Below are positions 59,398 to 64,000 of a DNA stretch of 64,000 bases, piece after piece. Numbering within the stretch: the first letter of the stretch is position 1; every line of letters starts with the position of its first letter. This DNA is from Heptranchias perlo. Taxonomy: Eukaryota. The notes under the pieces are model-generated. The model did not search any database. It saw only the letters and a list, made by a program, of their open reading frames with translations, and was not told the DNA's origin. Location of the stretch: the NCBI RefSeq assembly GCF_035084215.1, contig NC_090369.1:1550001-1614000 (forward strand), given 5' to 3'. The position numbers were made by a program, and so were the translations under genes.

Positions 59398-62329
59398 GGG
59401 AAGGGAGAGCGGGAGGGGGAGAGGCGGATAGAGAGTGGGAAGAGGTGGATGGAGAGCGGGAGGAGGTTGGACGGAGAGCGGGGAGGAGGTGGAGGGAGAG
59501 CGGGGAGGAGGTTGGACGGAGAGCGGGGAGGAGGTGGAGGGAGAGCGGGGAGGAGGTGGAGGGAGAGCGGGGAGGAGGTGGACGGAGAGCGGGGAGGAGG
59601 TGGAGGGAGAGCGGGAGGAGGTGGACGGAGAGCGGGGAGGAGGTGGAGGGAGAGCGGGGAGGAGGTGGAGGGAGAGCGGGAGGAGGTGGAGGGAGAGCGG
59701 GGAGGAGGTGGAGGAGAGCGGGGAGGAGGTGGAGGGAGAGCGGGGAGGAGGTGGAGGGAGAGCGGGGAGGAGGTGGAGGGAGAGTGGGAGGAGGTTGGAC
59801 GGAGAGCGGGGAGGAGGTGGACGGAGAGCGGGGAGGAGGTGGACGGAGAGCGGGAGGAGGTTGGACGGAGAGCGGGGAGGAGGTGGAGGGAGAGTGGGAG
59901 GAGGTTGGACGGAGAGCGGGGAGGAGGTGGAGGGAGAGCGGGGAGGAGGTGGAGGGAGAGCGGGGAGGAGGTGGAGGGAGAGCGGGGAGGAGGTGGAGGG
60001 AGAGCGGGGAGGAGGTGGAGGGAGAGCGGGGAGGAGGTGGAGGGAGAGCGGGGAGGAGGTGGACGGAGAGCGGGAGGAGGTTGGACGGAGAGCGGGGAGG
60101 AGGTGGAGGGAGAGCGGGGAGGAGGTGGAGGGGAGAGCGGGGAGGAGGTGGAGGGAGAGCGGGGAGGAGGTGGAGGAGAGCGGGGAGGAGGTGGAGGGAG
60201 AGCGGGGAGGAGGTGGAGGGAGAGCGGGAGGAGGTGGACGGAGAGCGGGGAGGAGGTGGAGGGAGAGCGGGGAGGAGTTGGAGGTAGAGCGGGAGGAGGT
60301 GGACGGAGAGCGGGAGGAGGTGGACGGAGAGCGGGAGGAGGTGGAGGGAGAGCGGGAGGAGGTTGGACGGAGAGCGGGGGAGGAGGTGGAGGGAGAGCGG
60401 GGAGGAGGTGGACGGGGAGCGGGGAGGAGGTGGAGGGAGAGCGGGGAGGAGGTGGACGGGGAGCGGGAGGAGGTGGACGGAGAGCGGGGAGGAGGTGGAG
60501 GGAGAGCTGGGAGGAGGTTGGACGGAGAGCGGGGAGGAGGTGGACGGAGAGCGGGGAGGAGGTGGACGGAGAGCGGGGAGGAGGTTGGACGGAGAGCGGG
60601 GAGGAGGTGGAGGGAGAGCGGGGAGGAGGTGGAGGGAGAGCGGGGAGGAGGTGGACGGAGAGCGGGGAGGAGGTTGGACGGAGAGCGGGGAGGAGGTGGA
60701 CGGAGAGCGGGGAGGAGGTGGAGGGAGAGCGGGGAGGAGGTTGGACGGGAGAGCGGGGAGGAGGTGGAGGGAGAGCGGGGAGGAGGTGGAGGGAGAGCGG
60801 GGAGGAGGTTGGACGGAGAGCGGGGAGGAGGTGGACGGGAGAGCGGGGAGGAGGTTGGACGGAGAGCGGGGGAGGAGGTGGAGGGAGAGCGGGGAGGAGG
60901 TGGAGGGAGAGCGGGGAGGAGGTGGAGGGAGAGCGGGGAGGAGGTTGGATGGAGAGCGGGGAGGAGGCGGAGGGAGAGCGGGGAGGAGGTGGACGGAGAG
61001 CGGGGAGGAGGTGGAGGGAGAGCGGGGAGGAGGTGGAGGGAGAGCGGGGAGGAGGTGGACGGAGAGCGGGGAGGAGGTTGGACGGAGAGCGGGGAGGAGG
61101 TGGAGGGAGAGCGGGGAGGAGGTGGAGGGAGAGCGGGGAGGAGGTGGACGGAGAGCGGGGAGGAGGTGGAGGGAGAGCGGGGAGGAGGTGGAGGGAGAGC
61201 GGGAGGAGGTGGACGGAGAGCGGGGAGGAGGTGGACGGGAGAGCGGGGAGGAGGTGGAGGCGAGAGCGGGAGGAGGTGGAGGGAGAGCGGGAGGAGGTGG
61301 AGGGAGAGCGGGAGGAGGTGGAGGGAGAGCGGGAGGAGGTGGACGGAGGCGGGAGGAGGTGGAGGGAGAGCGGGGAGGAGGCGGAGGGAGAGCGGGGAGG
61401 AGGTGGACGGAGAGCGGGGAGGAGGTGGACGGAGAGCGGGGAGGGAGGTGGAGGGAGAGCGGGGAGGAGGTGGAGCGGAGAGCGGGGAGGAGGTGGAGGA
61501 GAGCGGGGAGGAGGTGGAGGGAGAGCGGGGAGGAGGTGGAGGGAGAGCGGGGAGGAGGTGGAGGGAGAGCGGGGAGGAGGTGGAGGAGAGCGGGGAGGAG
61601 GTGGACGGGAGAGCGGGGAGGAGGTGGACGGAGAGCGGGAGGAGGTTGGACGGGAGAGCGGGAGGAGGTGGACGGGAGAGCGGGGAGGAGGTGGAGGAGA
61701 GCGGGGAGGAGGTTGGACGGAGAGCGGGGAGGAGGTGGACGGAGAGCGGGGAGGAGGTGGACGGAGAGCGGGGAGGAGGTTGGACGGGAGAGCGGGGAGG
61801 AGGTGGAGGGAGAGCGGGGAGGAGGTGGAGGGAGAGCGGGGAGGAGGTGGACGGAGAGCGGGAGGAGGTGGAGGGAGAGCGGGGAGGAGGTGGAGGAGAG
61901 CGGGGAGGAGGTGGAGGGAGAGCGGGAGGAGGTGGAGGGAGAGCGGGGAGGAGGTTGGACGGAGAGCGGGGAGGAGGTGGAGGAGAGCGGGGAGGAGGCT
62001 GGAGGAGAGCGGGGAGGAGGTGGAGGGAGAGCGGGGAGGAGGTGAGGAGAGCGGGAGGAGGGGAGGGAGAGCGGGGAGGAGGCGGACGGAGAGCGGGGAG
62101 GAGGCGGAGGAGAGCGGGGAGGAGGCGGACGGAGAGCGGGGAGGAGGCGGAGGGAGAGCGGGGAGGAGGCGGACGGGAGAGCGGGGAGGAGGCGGACGGA
62201 GAGCGGGGAGGAGGCGGACGGAGAGCGGGGAGGAGGCGGACGGAGAGCGGGGAGGAGGTGGAGGGAGAGCGGGGAGGAGGTGGAGGGAGAGCGGGGAGGA
62301 GGTGGAGGAGAGCGGGGAGCGAGGTGGAA
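59398..62329. repeat. Purine-rich minisatellite of about 22 bp (GGAGAGCGGGGAGGAGGTGGAG), 2.9 kb, ending at a gap
   Basis: Visible; source of the spurious ORFs longer than 1000 aa. Confidence 0.97.
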
Positions 62330-62529
62330 NNNNNNNNNNNNNNNNNNNNNNNNNNNNNNNNNNNNNNNNNNNNNNNNNNNNNNNNNNNNNNNNNNNNNNN
62401 NNNNNNNNNNNNNNNNNNNNNNNNNNNNNNNNNNNNNNNNNNNNNNNNNNNNNNNNNNNNNNNNNNNNNNNNNNNNNNNNNNNNNNNNNNNNNNNNNNNN
62501 NNNNNNNNNNNNNNNNNNNNNNNNNNNNN
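62330..62529. other. Assembly gap (200 N)
   Basis: Run of N. Confidence 1.
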
Positions 62530-62665
62530 TAGAAGAGGGGAGGGAGGAGGCTGGTGTGGAGCATAAACACCGGCACGGACTAGTTGGGCCGAATGGCCTG
62601 TTTCTATGCTGTAGACTCGATGTAACTTTCAAAACGGAAATTAGACTTTTTTTTTCCTTTTTTAA

Positions 62666-64000
<1,335 letters not shown>

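Noticed and set aside
59225-62632. ORFs longer than 1000 aa
   Set aside because: They are translations of a purine-rich minisatellite and cross an N gap.

Overview
Vertebrate genomic DNA, most likely a shark or other cartilaginous fish. This is inferred from the 63-bp dispersed minisatellite, the Deu-domain SINEs and the CR1/L2 LINE content. Roughly half of the window is tandem repeat, and there are three 200-N scaffold gaps (3433-3632, 37896-38095, 62330-62529). Nearly all long ORFs in the track are repeat artefacts. The real genes are spliced and were assembled by hand from GT-AG exons. They are: three exons of a ClC-1/ClC-0-type chloride channel (+); a complete 7-exon OSTalpha/SLC51A-like gene (+, 429 aa); WDR13 (+, split into two pieces); the 5' half of PORCN (-) including its 18-nt microexon; a complete EBP (+); and exon 1 of a UBE2N-like gene (+). 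PORCN, EBP and WDR13 form the human Xp11.23 cluster. The most unusual elements are: a 42-bp tandem array of about 30 CTCF-consensus sites abutting the UBE2N-like start; a 77-bp-arm palindrome with a 12-bp target-site duplication that carries a minimal hammerhead ribozyme motif on each strand; a candidate extra 36-nt WDR13 exon; and an intron-split in-frame uORF and a CLEAR-box cluster at the WDR13 promoter. The apparent nesting of PORCN, EBP and UBE2N inside WDR13 and three single-base frameshifts are probably assembly artefacts. All gene identities come from recalled protein sequences; no search was run.
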